Shown here: piece by piece, positions 24,631 to 39,172 of the stretch
Layout of the letters: each line of letters begins with the position of its first letter
How positions within the stretch are numbered: position 1 is the stretch's first letter
DNA from: Octopus vulgaris
Taxonomy: Eukaryota
Length of the DNA: 64,000 nucleotides
NCBI GenBank assembly: GCA_951406725.2
Contig: OX597822.1
Coordinates: 60,822,001-60,886,000, forward strand
Direction of reading: 5' to 3'
Made by a program: the position numbers and the translations under genes
Notes under the pieces: generated by a model
Database searches by the model: none
The model's input: only the letters and a program-made list of their open reading frames with translations
What the model was told of the DNA's origin: nothing

Positions 24631-26460
24631 AATTTTTTATTTCCCACAAGGGGACTGTACAATCTGATATGGGGTTAGATTTAACGTATGAATTGACATA
24701 AAGATGAATTTTAAAATTTTACATAAATATGAAGAGTTCGAATGATAACAAGACATTACAAAATGGAGTGGGGATGCGGGATGTGCTCGGACCCCACGAG
24801 CCCCGCCTCACCACTGATGCTTTGGGTTCATCCTGCGTTGTATTCATGCAGTCCCATCCATACGCAACATTCGTGCGATATTCTTTCATCAATCTTGAAA
24901 TATTTTCGCGGATAGGCATTTTCTCTCTAACCCTATTTTCCTACTTAGGTGGAAGGTGAAGAAATTCACCATGTTAGGGCCAGAGATAAAAATGCCTGTT
25001 ATTAACCCATTCACTCGCGTCTTCCAAATCACCTCTCTCGCAAATGTTACAATGATGAGAAAGCAATTCTTACCTTCTTTCGATAGGAAATCCGCTGGGT
25101 CAATTTTTACTATTGACTCAGTCGATATCTGTACTCTTCCTGTACTTGACAACAGTTGTTCGGCATAAACCCACACATCTGATACCTCCGAACACTGAAC
25201 AATAGCCTGCAGGACGGATTCCTTGTCCCTCCCACATCTTGGACAGGTCGTTGGGCCAAAGCCACCATGCCTTGCGAGCATGTCCCGGACAGGTAAGGCT
25301 CCTCGGTAACATTGCCATGCCAAAGACTTCTGGAAGTTATCTCGTGTCTTCAGCCCGAATGTACGTGTGTGCTTACTGAGGGAGCTTTTTTCTTGTTCAA
25401 GCTGGATGTTGAGGGGGTGGGATTGGGGTTCTTCCTTTTGGTTACATTTTTTCTTTTTACGGTAGACCATCCGTCTTCACTCCTAGCTGGTTAAGTGTTT
25501 TCATTGCTGGGAGCCTGCTGGCTGGTCTTCTGTGTCTCTGCCTCTTCTGCATCCTTTTTTTTATATATTGGGCCATCTCCACCTTACGGGTAGGACAGTT
25601 TGCCCGAATGTGGCCCATCTGTTCACATACGAAGCACCGGGGTCTTCTCCTTTCCACCATTACCCATAAGGTGGTTTCTTCTCTGAGGTATATATTTTCC
25701 ACGATCTTTGCCAGGGTCTGGCACCGCATGGATGATGACCTCCAGGCCTTGCACCTTCCAGTTCTGCTGTTGGATTTTTGAGGCCTCTAATATTGTTATT
25801 TCTTCTTCGAGAGCCATTAGTAGGGCTGGGAGTTGCCATGAGATGTTCATTTCTGGCAGGATCTCTGATGTATGCCTGCCTAAGTATGTTGGCAGCAACA
25901 CAATGTCTTTGGTTCTCAAAGGCTGCACTGAGTATGTTTTAGCCTTCTCTTCACTCTTGAAATAAGCTACTGCAGTGGCAAAGCGTTTCCCTCTGGTATT
26001 CTGTGTCCTGTCTGATCAGTTGTACATATTTTTCTATTTCTTCTTTTGGTGCTTTGTCGAGTTTATTTTCCTTTATTACCAGAGTTTTAGACACAACTAG
26101 TTTAGGTGCTGCATTAGCACACTTCGATCTATACATAATTTTTCTTTTTTAACTCCTGCTGCAGCTGCAAAATTTATCTTTTTTGGCGGTTCAACAAGTT
26201 TGTCTGCTGTCGGCATACTTAACATTTCACAGTTTTCTTTCCTCTGCAAAAGAAGTATTCATTTTAAACAAAATTTAACAAAATTTGTGGGAAAACGCCA
26301 CAAAAATGGATAATTCCTCGCCTCACAGAGGGAAATAATAGTTCACACCGTCTGCCACATGCAGAACGCTATTAATAACAACACAAGGAAAGAATTCCGC
26401 AACAACAATTTCAACACTAACCTTCAAGCAAAAAAAAGACCACAGAATTATTCACAAGTC
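24631..26460 (-). mobile_element. Tx1/L1-like non-LTR element, internally deleted (ORF1 with CCHC knuckle and zf-RVT tail; no EN or RT)
   Basis: Frameshifted ORF1 (26216->~25460) with CFVCEQMGHIRANCP, then LAWQCYRGALPV..CPRCG..ESVLQAIVQC..VW (zf-RVT-like) in ORF 24889..25470. The 3' end is ...ccccttgtgggaaataaaaaa. Confidence 0.8.
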
Positions 26461-26470
26461 ACTATACCTA

Positions 26471-26700
26471 TTTTTTTACTACCCACAAGGAGCTAAACAC
26501 AGAGAGGACAAACAAGTAAAGACAAACGGATTAAGTCGATTATATCGACCCAGTGCGTAACTGGTACTTATTTAATCAACCCCGAAAGGATGAAAGGCAA
26601 AGTCGACCTCGGTAGAATTTGAACTCAGAACATAGCGGCAGACGAAATGCCACAAAGCATTTCACCTGGTGTGATAACGTTTCTGCCACCTCGCCGCCCC
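26471..26700 (-). mobile_element. SINE family A variant with an extended 3' tail
   Basis: Head ggcggcgaggtggcagaaacg, family A body, tail gtttagctccttgtgggtagtaaaaaa. Confidence 0.85.
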
Positions 26701-27123
26701 TGGGTGATGTATGATGACAGTAAATGGTGCATGTTGATATAACATGGCCAATGAAGAGGATAAATAGAACATATGCATGTCTGATGATGACCCTTAAATA
26801 TATACCTCAAGATAGTGAGAGAGCTGCAATGATAAGAATGAAAGAAGGTTACCTAAGTGGCATCCTTCGTGACTCTGAAAGCAATGTACAGTGAACTGAA
26901 AAGATCCACTGCTATTCTTAATCGCATCGGCAGCATAGAAGTGAGGAGAGTAATTAAGATTACTGAAAGGGGGTGTGAGCACTAGAAGCATTAGTGATAA
27001 AGGCAGGGGAAATAGAGATGTGGGTGACATAGGTGACAGAGTGATAGGTGTGTTAGATTATATGCGCTCATAAATACATACACCCAAAGATATAAACGAA
27101 TATATATATATATATATATAAAA

Positions 27124-27139
27124 TAACAACAACAACAAC

Positions 27140-27207
<68 letters not shown>
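27124..27207. repeat. (AAC)n/(AAT)n microsatellite
   Basis: Seen directly. Confidence 0.95.
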
Positions 27208-27209
<2 letters not shown>

Positions 27210-27429
27210 GGGAGTATGGCTCCAAACTTGCAGTGAAGAAATTAGATCTAGTATTAAATCAAATTTCACAGTATAAATATATAAAATATGAATTAGAGAT
27301 AAAACCACTATTAGGCAACTCAAACAGTGATAGACATAAACCAATACATAAATAACAAATAATATAAATATAATTAATATAATATATATATATATACTTT
27401 TTTTTTTCTTTTTGTTGCTAATCGACATA

Positions 27430-28340
27430 GTCTTTTACCATCTCATCTGTGAAATGCGACTGAGTTGTTTTTACCACTTTGTTCCAAGTATTCCTTAGTC
27501 TGCTCCTTCTGAGGGTTCTATTTACTTTGAGCACGTAATTTTTCTTTATATGGTTGCCCTCCTTCATTGACATCTAATGCCCAAACCAACAATCTTCTCT
27601 CTTGCACACAACATCTGATTCCTTTTATGTTAAGCTTTTCTCTCAGCTCATTTGTGCACACAAATATATTACACATCCAGCAAGCACGCTCCGTTTATTT
27701 CTAATCTTAGCAAATCCTCTGAACTTTTCCTCAACAGTTCTTACTCCAGTAAAAAAGATTTTTGAACAACCAAGCCTACTAATAATTAGATTCCCAAGGT
27801 AACTGAAGCTATCAACTACTGTCTAGACATTGTAGAAAATCTATTTTGAACACACTTTTGCTACTCATTGTCTCTGTGCACCTGTTGCATATGAAGTCTA
27901 CCTTCTCTGTTAATCTGCTTGTGATCCTTCTACATCTCTTGTGACCGTAAGTTATATTGAGTGCATCATGTAGAATTCTTACCTGTCCCTTTTCTATACA
28001 CTATTCATGGCCATTCCCCTGATAGTAACAGGATTTTGTCTTCTCTTTTACTTACTAATATTTTAATCTTGAAGCTTTGGTTTTGTTTTCAAGCTAGGAA
28101 TTTCTTTTCCAAGTTTGCTATTGATTAACTATAAGAACTAGGTCACATATACAGGAATTCTCATGAGTAGCAAGTCTCAAACCCTTCTGTTATGGCTTGG
28201 AAGTGGAGAGACGATTGACCTCTGATGTATCCCTACCGTCATGTTGAATTCATCACTATGTACATTACTCTCACCTTACTGACTGCACTTTTCGATATTG
28301 CTTGTACAGCTCTCACAAGCTATTCATCTACTCTGAGTGT
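27430..28340 (-). mobile_element. RTE-clade LINE RT 3' fragments, highly decayed
   Basis: VVDSFSYLG, LLYADDL-like and GVHQGS-like remnants; homologous to 58130-59340. Confidence 0.65.
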
Positions 28341-30409
28341 AAAATTCAATTAGTATAATAATAGATAAAACAAGTAAGTTTATCCTCCATTTTACTAAAA
28401 GAATATAAGATGTGATTAAGCCTTTTTATGGAAGATTAATAACTGATCAGAAATAAGAATTTCCTGTTTCTGAAAAAGGTCAGTTTTGGAGATGCAGATT
28501 TAGTTATGTTGTACATATGCAAGGTAACTAGGAAAACTCATCAGATTGCAAGATCTATTATTTGTAGTGATTCTGAAAGGTTTTAACTGCATGCCATCCA
28601 AAACTAGAGCGGGTGAGGTACAAGATTACTTCCTTGATATGAACAGTTTCTCTGTCTTTGTGATGATGGGGCTAGATTGTCACAAATATAGGTTTGATGG
28701 GTCATTAAAGTCCAAGTCTATTCTTATTCAGAATTCAGCTCACCTAGATAAGTGAGAGGACTATATCTCACTCATAAAGACAATATGTGTCACATTTTAA
28801 TTGCATCACGAATTAATCATATTTCATTGCTTCCAGGTTACTACTGTCAACCTATTGACTACATTACTGCTATTATCATTTAATATACTAAATTATATTA
28901 CAATCTCTAATATTTAACAATTGATATGAAATAAAATCAACAAATTATACAGCTTTAAAGTAAACAATTGAAGATCAGTTTGGATAAATATGCAAGTCTT
29001 AATTCTATTTATGATCAGTACAAGTTTTAATTAGATCTTCTACATATAAAATGAGAAAAGAATAATTTCAGGATAAAACAGCTTTATTTAAATTTCAGAG
29101 TAATGTGGTCACAATTTGGGGTAGCAGACACAAGTTTGAGAAAACATGGCAATAACTTGTATGACAGACATATCCAACCAAAATGGATATTGATGAAGAT
29201 GACGATGATTCACAAATTATACCAACTACTTTGCATTTTTATTAAGTTAAATGCTACACTGATACTTCCAAATTAACATTTAGCTTAGGCATCACGTCAC
29301 AAAGCAATCATTGCAATAAAAGGGAATATTTGTTCATTCATTTCTCCATACTGACACAGGTTAGACAGAGATTTACTGATGCAATATTTTACAACTAGAT
29401 GGACTTCCTGTTGTCAATTCTTTCCTGCTTTTCAAGCAAGGGTCTTCTTAAAATCCTACATCATCATCATCATTTAATGTCTATTTTCTGTACTGGTATG
29501 GATAAGATAGTTTGACAGGGTCTGATGAGCTGCAGAGCTGCGTCAGGTTCCAGTGTCAGCTTTGACATGGTTTCTATTGTTGGACATCTTTCCTAATGTC
29601 ACAAGGCTTTGAAAGTGTAGAGCTACAAGTTATTGCTTACAGGACATCCATGTTTTTCTCAGACAATGACACAGAGTGTAAGCACTGGAAGAAGATATTT
29701 GATAAAGATGTCACACAGAGATGAAACCTGAAATCACAAGGTCACCAGCAAACTCCACATCCACTCAGCCATGCCTATGTAACAAAATTATATAGATCTT
29801 ACGAACAACAGAATCATTTGTTAGTGGGGGCATATACATAACAAAATATCAACAATAACATATATAAGACACATGAAAGAATATATATCTAGAATATAAA
29901 TAAACTGTTAATATGTTTATATCATTATATATTTCTCAAAGAATTTACCTACAATCTCAAATAAATAAATAGTATTTTATTTCTCTTCTGGAAATATGTT
30001 AGATGCAATATATATTAGTATTCTGAAAGAATATTTCTATTCATAATATCAGTGTGGTAAGTTTTCTCACAAATATATAGTTGGTATATATAAAAAAAAA
30101 AGTATCTGGAAGTAGTTATACTGTTACATGTTCATTCCCGTCTGAATGCATTTATTGTGAATCATATTTCTTTCATAGAACAAAATTTGATATATTTCTG
30201 TGTAGTTTATTTATGCAATTTTTTTTTTTAGAGAGAATCTGACTTAACACAATAGTTATATGGTTTTAGGGAGTGTTTGTCCAGGATAGAACTACACAGC
30301 CACAGCAGGAGATGTATTAGGACATGAAAATGTAAAAGTCGGACTAGACTATTTTATGCACAACTCCATTGTCTCCCAAGACAAAAAAGGATGCCAACAA
30401 TATATGGTT

Positions 30410-31225
<816 letters not shown>

Positions 31226-33550
31226 TTAAGTTCCTCTCATAAATCATTTTTCTATACTTTTACTTTTTTCACCACAATACAAGGATATTTTTCTTCTTTT
31301 TACTTTTATATTTTGACCAGTACAAATATTTCTGCTGATATACTTCCATCAACTGATATCTTTGTCAACATCTGAAGATACTGTGATTTCCTTTGTAAAG
31401 TTTTCTCAAGTTTCATTAGAATCTCAAATCATCTATTACTTTTTCCAGGCAGCAAAAGTTGGGAGATTTTGCTTTTAATGTCAGTTCAAGTAAATATTCC
31501 ACAGGAATTCTACCATGAATTTAAATAAACAAAGTTGCATAAGTTTGGTATAGCATCTTCCTTAAGCCTTTCCATAATAATATGCCAACTTCATTTGGTA
31601 TTCTGAAATAGTAAAATAAAAACAGAATATGATACAGAGGATACTTAAAAAATAAAGAGATAACAGTGTAAGTCTTACTATCGTTCTATTCTGATAAACT
31701 GTAGGTATATAATTTCACCTAACCAACTGAATCCTATTCATTAATTTATTATAAAAATTACATCATACAGCCATGTGCAAAGTCTACATATACTTGTAAA
31801 TTATAGCCATAGCTTCAGATTGTTTAACATTATATAAGTTAAACTACTAAATAAGAAATGATAATTATCTGTGCATATTCAGAAACATCATTTGCCTTTG
31901 TGTTTTTGCTTTTGTTAAATCCAAGGTGAAGACCATCACTTCTCATGCGCATTATATATCAAGGACTCCATTATCTTGTGTCTCTCTCTCTTTTAAGTAG
32001 ATGAAGACAGACACAAAACACTCAGGTATTGGATACAGTTCATTATCATCATGATTGTTTTAACATCTACTTTTCAATACTTGCATAGATCAAACAGAAT
32101 TTGTTGAGTCAGGTTTTCTACAAACAGATATTCTTCCAGTCACTAACTCTCCTGTTTCCAAGTAACGTAATATTTCCTCATGGCCAAACACATTTTTCAG
32201 GGAAGACTGGAAAAAACAACATTGCTTGTATGATAGTGAGGTTTGTTTACAGCCATCATGTGATGTCAAGACATACATCCATGTATATACAAAAATATGA
32301 AAGTTTCAGCCTTTATATATATATATTGTATAGAAAATAAAAGAATTTCTCGAATGCAGGAAGGCTCTGATGATGGCTTTGACAATTGGGTAAATACTCT
32401 TTAGAAAGTGGAGAAAAGTGGCCAGCAAGCCTCTACAGAGAATTGAAACCTACACTTCTCAAAATCTAGCTGAGCACTCTGTATCATTAAGCTAAGAGAC
32501 CCCTGACAACAGATACTGCTTTTTTTATAATGCTAAGTAACAACTTATGGATTGTGCAAACATTTTGTTACAAACTTATAAGCATATTCTACAGAAAATG
32601 AAAACATGTCTTTAATGCAGGAAAGCTGTGAAGACAACTTAGAAAATCAGCCGTTGGGTTAGACTTTTACTTTGCAACAATGTGATTTCCATTGAGTCCC
32701 ACTGTGTGGAAGCCTGTTGTATAAATATATATGTATGTGTGTCTTTGTTCTTCCACCATTTGACAACTGGTGTATGTTCCTATAACTTAGTAGTTCACCT
32801 AAGAGACCAATAGAATAAGTACCAAACTTGAGAAAGTAAGTATTGGTGTTGATTTGTTTGACTAAACTTTTCTAAGATTGCAGTCCAATAACTGAAACAA
32901 GTAAAAGATAAAATGATAGACATTACTACATTTTGCTGCCCCTCATAACTGTCTGGAAAACGACTATTTTTAAAATGAAATTTTGCAAAGATACTTTACT
33001 GGGGGTGCAGATTACAATAACACTGACAACATTAAAAAAATGTTAATGTAGAACTTTTGGATCATTCCATCCGCAAAACTTGGTTCCCTCATAACTTTTT
33101 TTTAAAATCCATATTTGTAAATAACATTTTGAAGACAGATATTGTGAATGTAAACTGCATAGAGGTGATGTATTAAACATATAAATCTTAAGGTGGTAGT
33201 GGTGGATGGAGAAAAATGCTTAAGTACGGAAAGTTGTGGTGGGCGAGGAAAGAAAAAAGGCTCTGAAACACTTCTAAAAAAGATATTTTTTAGTGGCGTT
33301 TCAGGAAAGCTCACCCACATAAGTTGGACTTTATTCGTTTTCACAGGCATTTCTCAATATTTTTTTTTAATATTATGTACTTTGAAATGATATGGGAGTT
33401 GGGGGGGGGGGGCTTTTCTAAAAACAAAATTTTAAAATCCGTAAGTTTTAAAACTTCGCCCCTTCTTGTTATATTCCATATTCTGAAACATACGTAAAGG
33501 AAAACAGTTTAAATCCATGCATTTTATACGTGTTCCAGCCCCAGCAATCA

Positions 33551-33603
<53 letters not shown>

Positions 33604-34692
33604 ATTTTATCTCAAAGAATTGGAATACGCGTCAACAAAAAAAAACCACTTATAACTTTGTCCATTTCATCGCACACTTTGTAATTTAAAAAATTCTAAT
33701 ACCTTCACAAGTTGTGTGGTAAACGAAACAACAAATCTAGTCTTAATTAAAATCTTACATATATTTCTGTTTATTTTGGTCTCGTGCAGGAGGTGAAAAA
33801 ATAGTATGTAAAATTAAATTTGCTGACTATAAACCGAAGAAAAAATGGATGATCATAGCTACTAAAATGCAAATGAAACTCTAGGGAATAATCTGCATTA
33901 TTACATACATTGTTGTAGCTGTGAATATACAAAAACCATGTATATTTCGTCGTTTCGGTGTTTTACTAAATAAAATTTTACTGTCGCTATCGAAAATAAA
34001 TTACGTCGCTTTTCTCTAATTTTCTACCAGAACATCTGGTGATGAAAATAATTTAAATGTTTTGTGTCATGGTTTAAATAATATAAATATTTACCTACAT
34101 CATCATTCAGTCATTAGTAATCGGCAAGTACGGTAAAGGCTATTATATGATTCTAGTTGTCATATTATTATACAATCAACCAAAAAAGCAATTGCTGATT
34201 AAAGGCTCTCCTTGTATTTCTCCAAAATTTCAATATTGTGTTTCCCAAATCTAAACAATACTTGTCGTCCTTTATTTCTTTTACTGTCTCTTAGAATGCA
34301 GTCTTAGTTTTCGTTCACTTGTTATCACTTATTCCCTACACGCCTCCAGCACAATTTCTCGTCTTTCTTTTTTAAATATAATTTTTACAATGTTATCTAA
34401 TTTACTTCTCGGCTTGTCCCGGAGATCAATAACAATAACAACAGGAAACCATATAGCACTCTCTAACGATTAGAAATCAGTTCTTACCATTCAATCAATG
34501 AAACCTCCAGTAAATACAATCCACTTCTCACTAAATTTATAAACGTAACAGTTTATTTTTAACAGCTGTAGCTGACCTTAGTTTTATAAATAACTAAAAC
34601 AAAAGCAACATGAAATAACTACATTTTGATTCACGCAAAATTGCTTTAAAATGGTATTAGCACTTTTCATCGAAGTGTTGTATTCAAACATT

Positions 34693-35075
34693 GGCGGGGG
34701 TAAAGGACATGGACCACACCCCCTTTCGTTTTGGGGCGGTGGAGGAAGGGGTGTTCTACAAAAACCCACTTTTTCGACTGCAGAGATTCCGAATCTGCAA
34801 AAAAAAAAAAAAAAATCGGCATACTAAAATTTTAATTCCCAAACCGAAGATCCGATCCACTTTCTAAATACGAATTACCAAACAAAGAAAAAAAAATGTT
34901 AATGTCATTTTGTTGTCGTGTGTGTGTGCAAAATAAAAAAAAACCTAATTTTTATTAAATTTTGAAATGCCGATTTTTTTACAGATTCAGAATTTCCGCG
35001 GTCGAAAAAGTGAGTTTCTGTTGGAAAAAAACCCAAAAAACAAAGTGGGTGCGGTCCATGTCCTTTACTTCCACC
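34693..35075. mobile_element. Fold-back MITE with GGC-start TIRs
   Basis: GGCGGGGGTAAAGGACATGGACCACACCC / GGGTGCGGTCCATGTCCTTTACTTCCACC, plus an inner inverted block (ttttcgac..gattccgaatctgcaaaa / ttttacagattcagaattt..gtcgaaaa). Confidence 0.8.
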
Positions 35076-35282
35076 CAAACTCATTTTGATGAAACTCATC
35101 AAAATGGGTGGGTGAAAGGGAGGGTTTATAATTTTACTCTTCCATTTGTATATTTCCTCGCAAAAGAAATGCTTCCCACCCCAGATACTATAGTAATTTA
35201 CTTAATTACTTTAACTGATTAATTTTAACTGATCGGTAAGTTTATCCAATGTCTATTGCAATACTTGGGGTATAGAATATTT

Positions 35283-35358
35283 GGCGAAGGTAAAGAATAC
35301 GCACACCCAGTGTTTAGGGTTAAGTCATAAACAAGTGTGCATATTCTTGACCTCTGCC
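35283..35358. mobile_element. 76-bp MITE with GGCGAAGGTAAAG TIRs and ~8-bp TSD
   Basis: 24-bp imperfect TIRs; flanks gaatattt / gaatattc. Confidence 0.7.
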
Positions 35359-35758
35359 GAATATTCTAGGATTTTCTGTTACGAACTAAAGAGGGGAAAT
35401 GTCAACAGTCGCATAACCCATGAGTTTGATGAAAAGGCTTGTCCCTATCCAACATTTCAGCTACCTAGATGCAACATTGTGACCAACTTGGAACATACAT
35501 TCACTTTCACATTAAGATAAATGTTTCCTTGCTTTTATATATAAAGTGCTTGTAATAACTGACTAAATCATGTAATAACTTAAGAGATCATTCACGAACC
35601 AAAAGAAAATATGCTTTGAGAAGTGGTTAAAAGTTTGGCTGTCTGTCACTGTTTTCATCGATTTCAGATCGTATTACTTCATTACATCTCATAATTTCAT
35701 CTTATAACTAAAAAAACCTCTTTTTACATTAAAATTTTTTATATGTATGTTTGTATAT

Positions 35759-35808
<50 letters not shown>

Positions 35809-36776
35809 TTGCATACATATACACATATATAGATAGATTTTGTAAGAAAGAAAGGTATTTTTAACCATTCAATGACTTATACATAATCTAAACACAACTT
35901 TTAAAAAAATCTGATATTCATTGTTGATATAAAATTGGCAAGCAAGCAAGAAGAGAAAGTATCAACTTTATATTTAGCCTGCTACAATACAGACAAAAAA
36001 ATATTTTGGGTGATATTCTGTAATATGCCTCATTCCATACCATTATGCTATGCAATGATTATGAACAAGTTATTGAATGAACTTCTTTACTTCCTGGATA
36101 TGAAAAAAAAATTAGATGTAATCTAATATATCTGTAATCTAATATACTTATATTTGTAAAATTTCATCTGAAAAATATGTGCAGTTAGGAAGGTTATGAA
36201 GAAGCAAAGTTGGTAAAGGGTGAACCTATATTTCTTCTACTCCCAGCAAAATCATAAGTTCTGTTCATACAGTTTCAAACTCCTTTTCACCATGTTACTC
36301 ACAGATGAAAATAGGGATGTTGACTCTGTCATTCTCTGGTCTACCAGCCTATCTCTATCACAATATTTTTCTCATTTTTTCTATTCTCCTGCATCTGTTT
36401 TTTTTTGCTAAGCTATTCATTCTCCTTAAACTTAATGGTTACCACTGTTTCATGAAGATCAACAGTATTCTAGCCATGAATCATATGGTAACTAGGCCTG
36501 CTTGAAATACCAGTCAAATCTTGCTCAAACAACACCACAGTCTTTTTAATGTATATATGAACTTTTGAATTGCTTTAAAGTTGTATAGATTATTCTATAT
36601 TAATCTTTGTAAGATCGGTTTCATATGGATATATGAGAGTTCAGTGATGAAGATGATATTTTGCTTCCATTTTGTCTCTGCTGTTGACAGGCATTCCAAT
36701 AGTTTTAGAAATCCTCGGAAATTGAACCAATGTTACAAGAGTTAAAAGTAATAATTGTGGTCTGTGACTGTCACTT

Positions 36777-37996
36777 TTTCATTGACTTTGGTAGAATACA
36801 CTGAGATATACACAGGATATTTTATATTAATTTTACCAAGTACAAGAACAAATCTTTTTCTAATCTACTATTGCAACTCACTAACTAGGGATTGGTGTTT
36901 TCATATGGTCTATAGCTGTGTAGTTCTGACAGTATTTATTCAAAATAATTGGGAATGGTATCTGTGGACTTAACTTCAATAAAAATATACACTATAGATA
37001 ATACATCTCCCTCTCTCTCATTATCTACAAGACCACTTTCCCTCTCTCCATATGACTCATTTGCATTTATTTTATCTGACTTTTCTTCATGTTCTCTAAT
37101 GCATTATTTCTCTTGCTCATGTTCTGTTTCATTCTCTCTTTCTCTGAAGAGCTGTGCAAAGGAAATAACTGTAAGACAATATTTTCAGATTTTACTATAG
37201 AAATTTGAAAATTTAAAACATAATTTTAAAACCTTTACTTTGTTTTGCATCTTGTGGAATGATAAATGATGTGGATATTTGTTCAGTAGTTTCTGAATAA
37301 AACATTGACACACACAGGCCTCATGATACCATGATTATACATTCATGAATATAAGTATAGTCATATTTCTTCTACCAGCTACCTTAGTAATAGAGGCGGT
37401 GGAAATTATAGTGGCAATAGTGGTAGAGGCAGATAATAGTATTGGTGGCAGCATCTTCTACTAGTTTTACCTTGGTGGTAGAGCTGCCATTGACAATAAT
37501 GAGATACTAGATGCTATTCAGTTTCATTGTGGAGGCATGTGGCTTAGTGGTTAGAGTATCAGCATCATGATCGTAAGATTGTGGTTTCGATTCCTGGACC
37601 GGGCGACGTGTTGTGTTCTTGAGCAAAACACTTCATTTCACTTTGCTCCAGTTCACTCAGCTGGCAAAAATGAGTAACGCTGCGATGGACTGGCATCCCG
37701 TCCAGCTGGGGAAGACATATGCCATAGAAACCAGGCCCATGAGCCTGGCTAGGCTTTAAAAAGGGCACGAAAAAAATTCAGTTTCATTGACTTTGGTAGA
37801 ATACACTGAGATATACACAGGATATTTTATATTAATTTTACCAAGTACAAGAACAAATCTTTTTCTAATCTACTATTGCAACTCACTAACTAGGGATTGG
37901 TGTTTTCATATGGTTTATAGCTGTGTAGTTCTGACAGTATTTATTCAAAATAATTGGGAATGGTATCTGTGGACTTAACTTCAATAAAAATATACA
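36777..37996 (+). repeat. 215-bp direct duplication (36777-36991 and 37782-37996)
   Basis: One mismatch seen (ggtCtata / ggtTtata); gives near-identical peptides in the ORF track. Confidence 0.92.
37530..37775 (+). mobile_element. tRNA-derived SINE (family C) with 14-bp TSD
   Basis: A-box TGGCTTAGTGG, B-box GTTTCGATTCC, A-tail; TSD attcagtttcattg at 37516-37529 and 37776-37789. Confidence 0.9.
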
Positions 37997-38964
37997 TGTT
38001 GCCAGGCATCGATCATCCAAGTACAGATGTCTTTTAAACAAGCAAAAACTGAAAATATCAAAACAGAATAACTGTAGAATTCAATCTAATCAATGAAGCA
38101 ATATGTCCACAAAGCTACGAGAATGTTCTAACAACCCCGATATATCAAGATGCCTAACTAAATATCTTTAGGTTTCTGTAAATTATGTATGGAGACACAA
38201 TTTTGGGAAATAATATTTTGCCATAGTATTTTCAAGAGTAAAATAACTTTGAAATGGATTATTTTGACTGCCAGAAAAGAACAACCAACAAAAAAGATTT
38301 TTATTTATAATATTTTCATAAAATAATATTTTAATTTACAAATTTTGTTACAAATTTAAGTGATAAAATTTTACATGAATTTCTCAATTTCTTCTTTTTA
38401 CTTGCTATAGAATCATCTCAATAGTATGTTCCTCTTATATGTTCATCCCCTCAGGGGTAGCCCAATTGAGTATACTCTGTATACAATAATTTCATTATTA
38501 TTATTATATATTTACTGTTTAACAATATGGCTTTATAAAAACAATTTTCCTTAAATTTCAAACCAATAAAGTTCATTGCTATGTTTTCCAGTCATGTTTA
38601 ATGAGATTGTTTCTGTAAGAAACTTTAATGACAAATAACTGAATATATTTTTCCAAAGTGTGTATTTGTTGATTATGAAATTAGAATTCAGAGAATTACC
38701 TGAATGATTCCTTATATAGTTCACATTAATAGATGTGTATACAAACATACATATCTATATAAAATTTTTATTATGTCCAGCATTTGTTAACTTCAAGCTT
38801 ATAATTCACAAATATTTTAGTAAAGGGTTTCTCCTTAATATGAGTATTTTTTTTTTAAGGAATTGGAACTCAACAAGAATGATTTCTGACTCACACTCCA
38901 CCATCACCCTCTCTGCCTGTACTTTCTGTCATCAATCTGTTTGCCATTATACTTTTGCTTCAAG

Positions 38965-39172
38965 GTGGAGAACTGGATGTATTGTTAGCACGCTGGGCAA
39001 AATGCTTAGCGATATAGCGTCTGTCTTTAGGTTCTGAGTTCAAATTCCGCCGAGGTCAACTTTGCCTTTCATTCTTTCGGGGTCGATAAATCTAGTATCA
39101 GTTGCGTACTGGGGCCGATCTAATCGACTGGCACCCTCCCTATAAAATGTCAGGCCTTGTGCCTAGAGTAAA
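38965..39172 (+). mobile_element. SINE family A
   Basis: Family A pattern. Confidence 0.85.

Noticed and set aside
32367-32410. CTGATGA as another hammerhead core (also CTGAAGA at ~6983 and CTGATGA at ~26781)
   Set aside because: No stem II followed by GAAA and an NUH site in the right geometry.
37530-37610. tRNA-like sequence with A/B boxes
   Set aside because: It is the head of a SINE with a TSD and tail; I could not build a complete cloverleaf.
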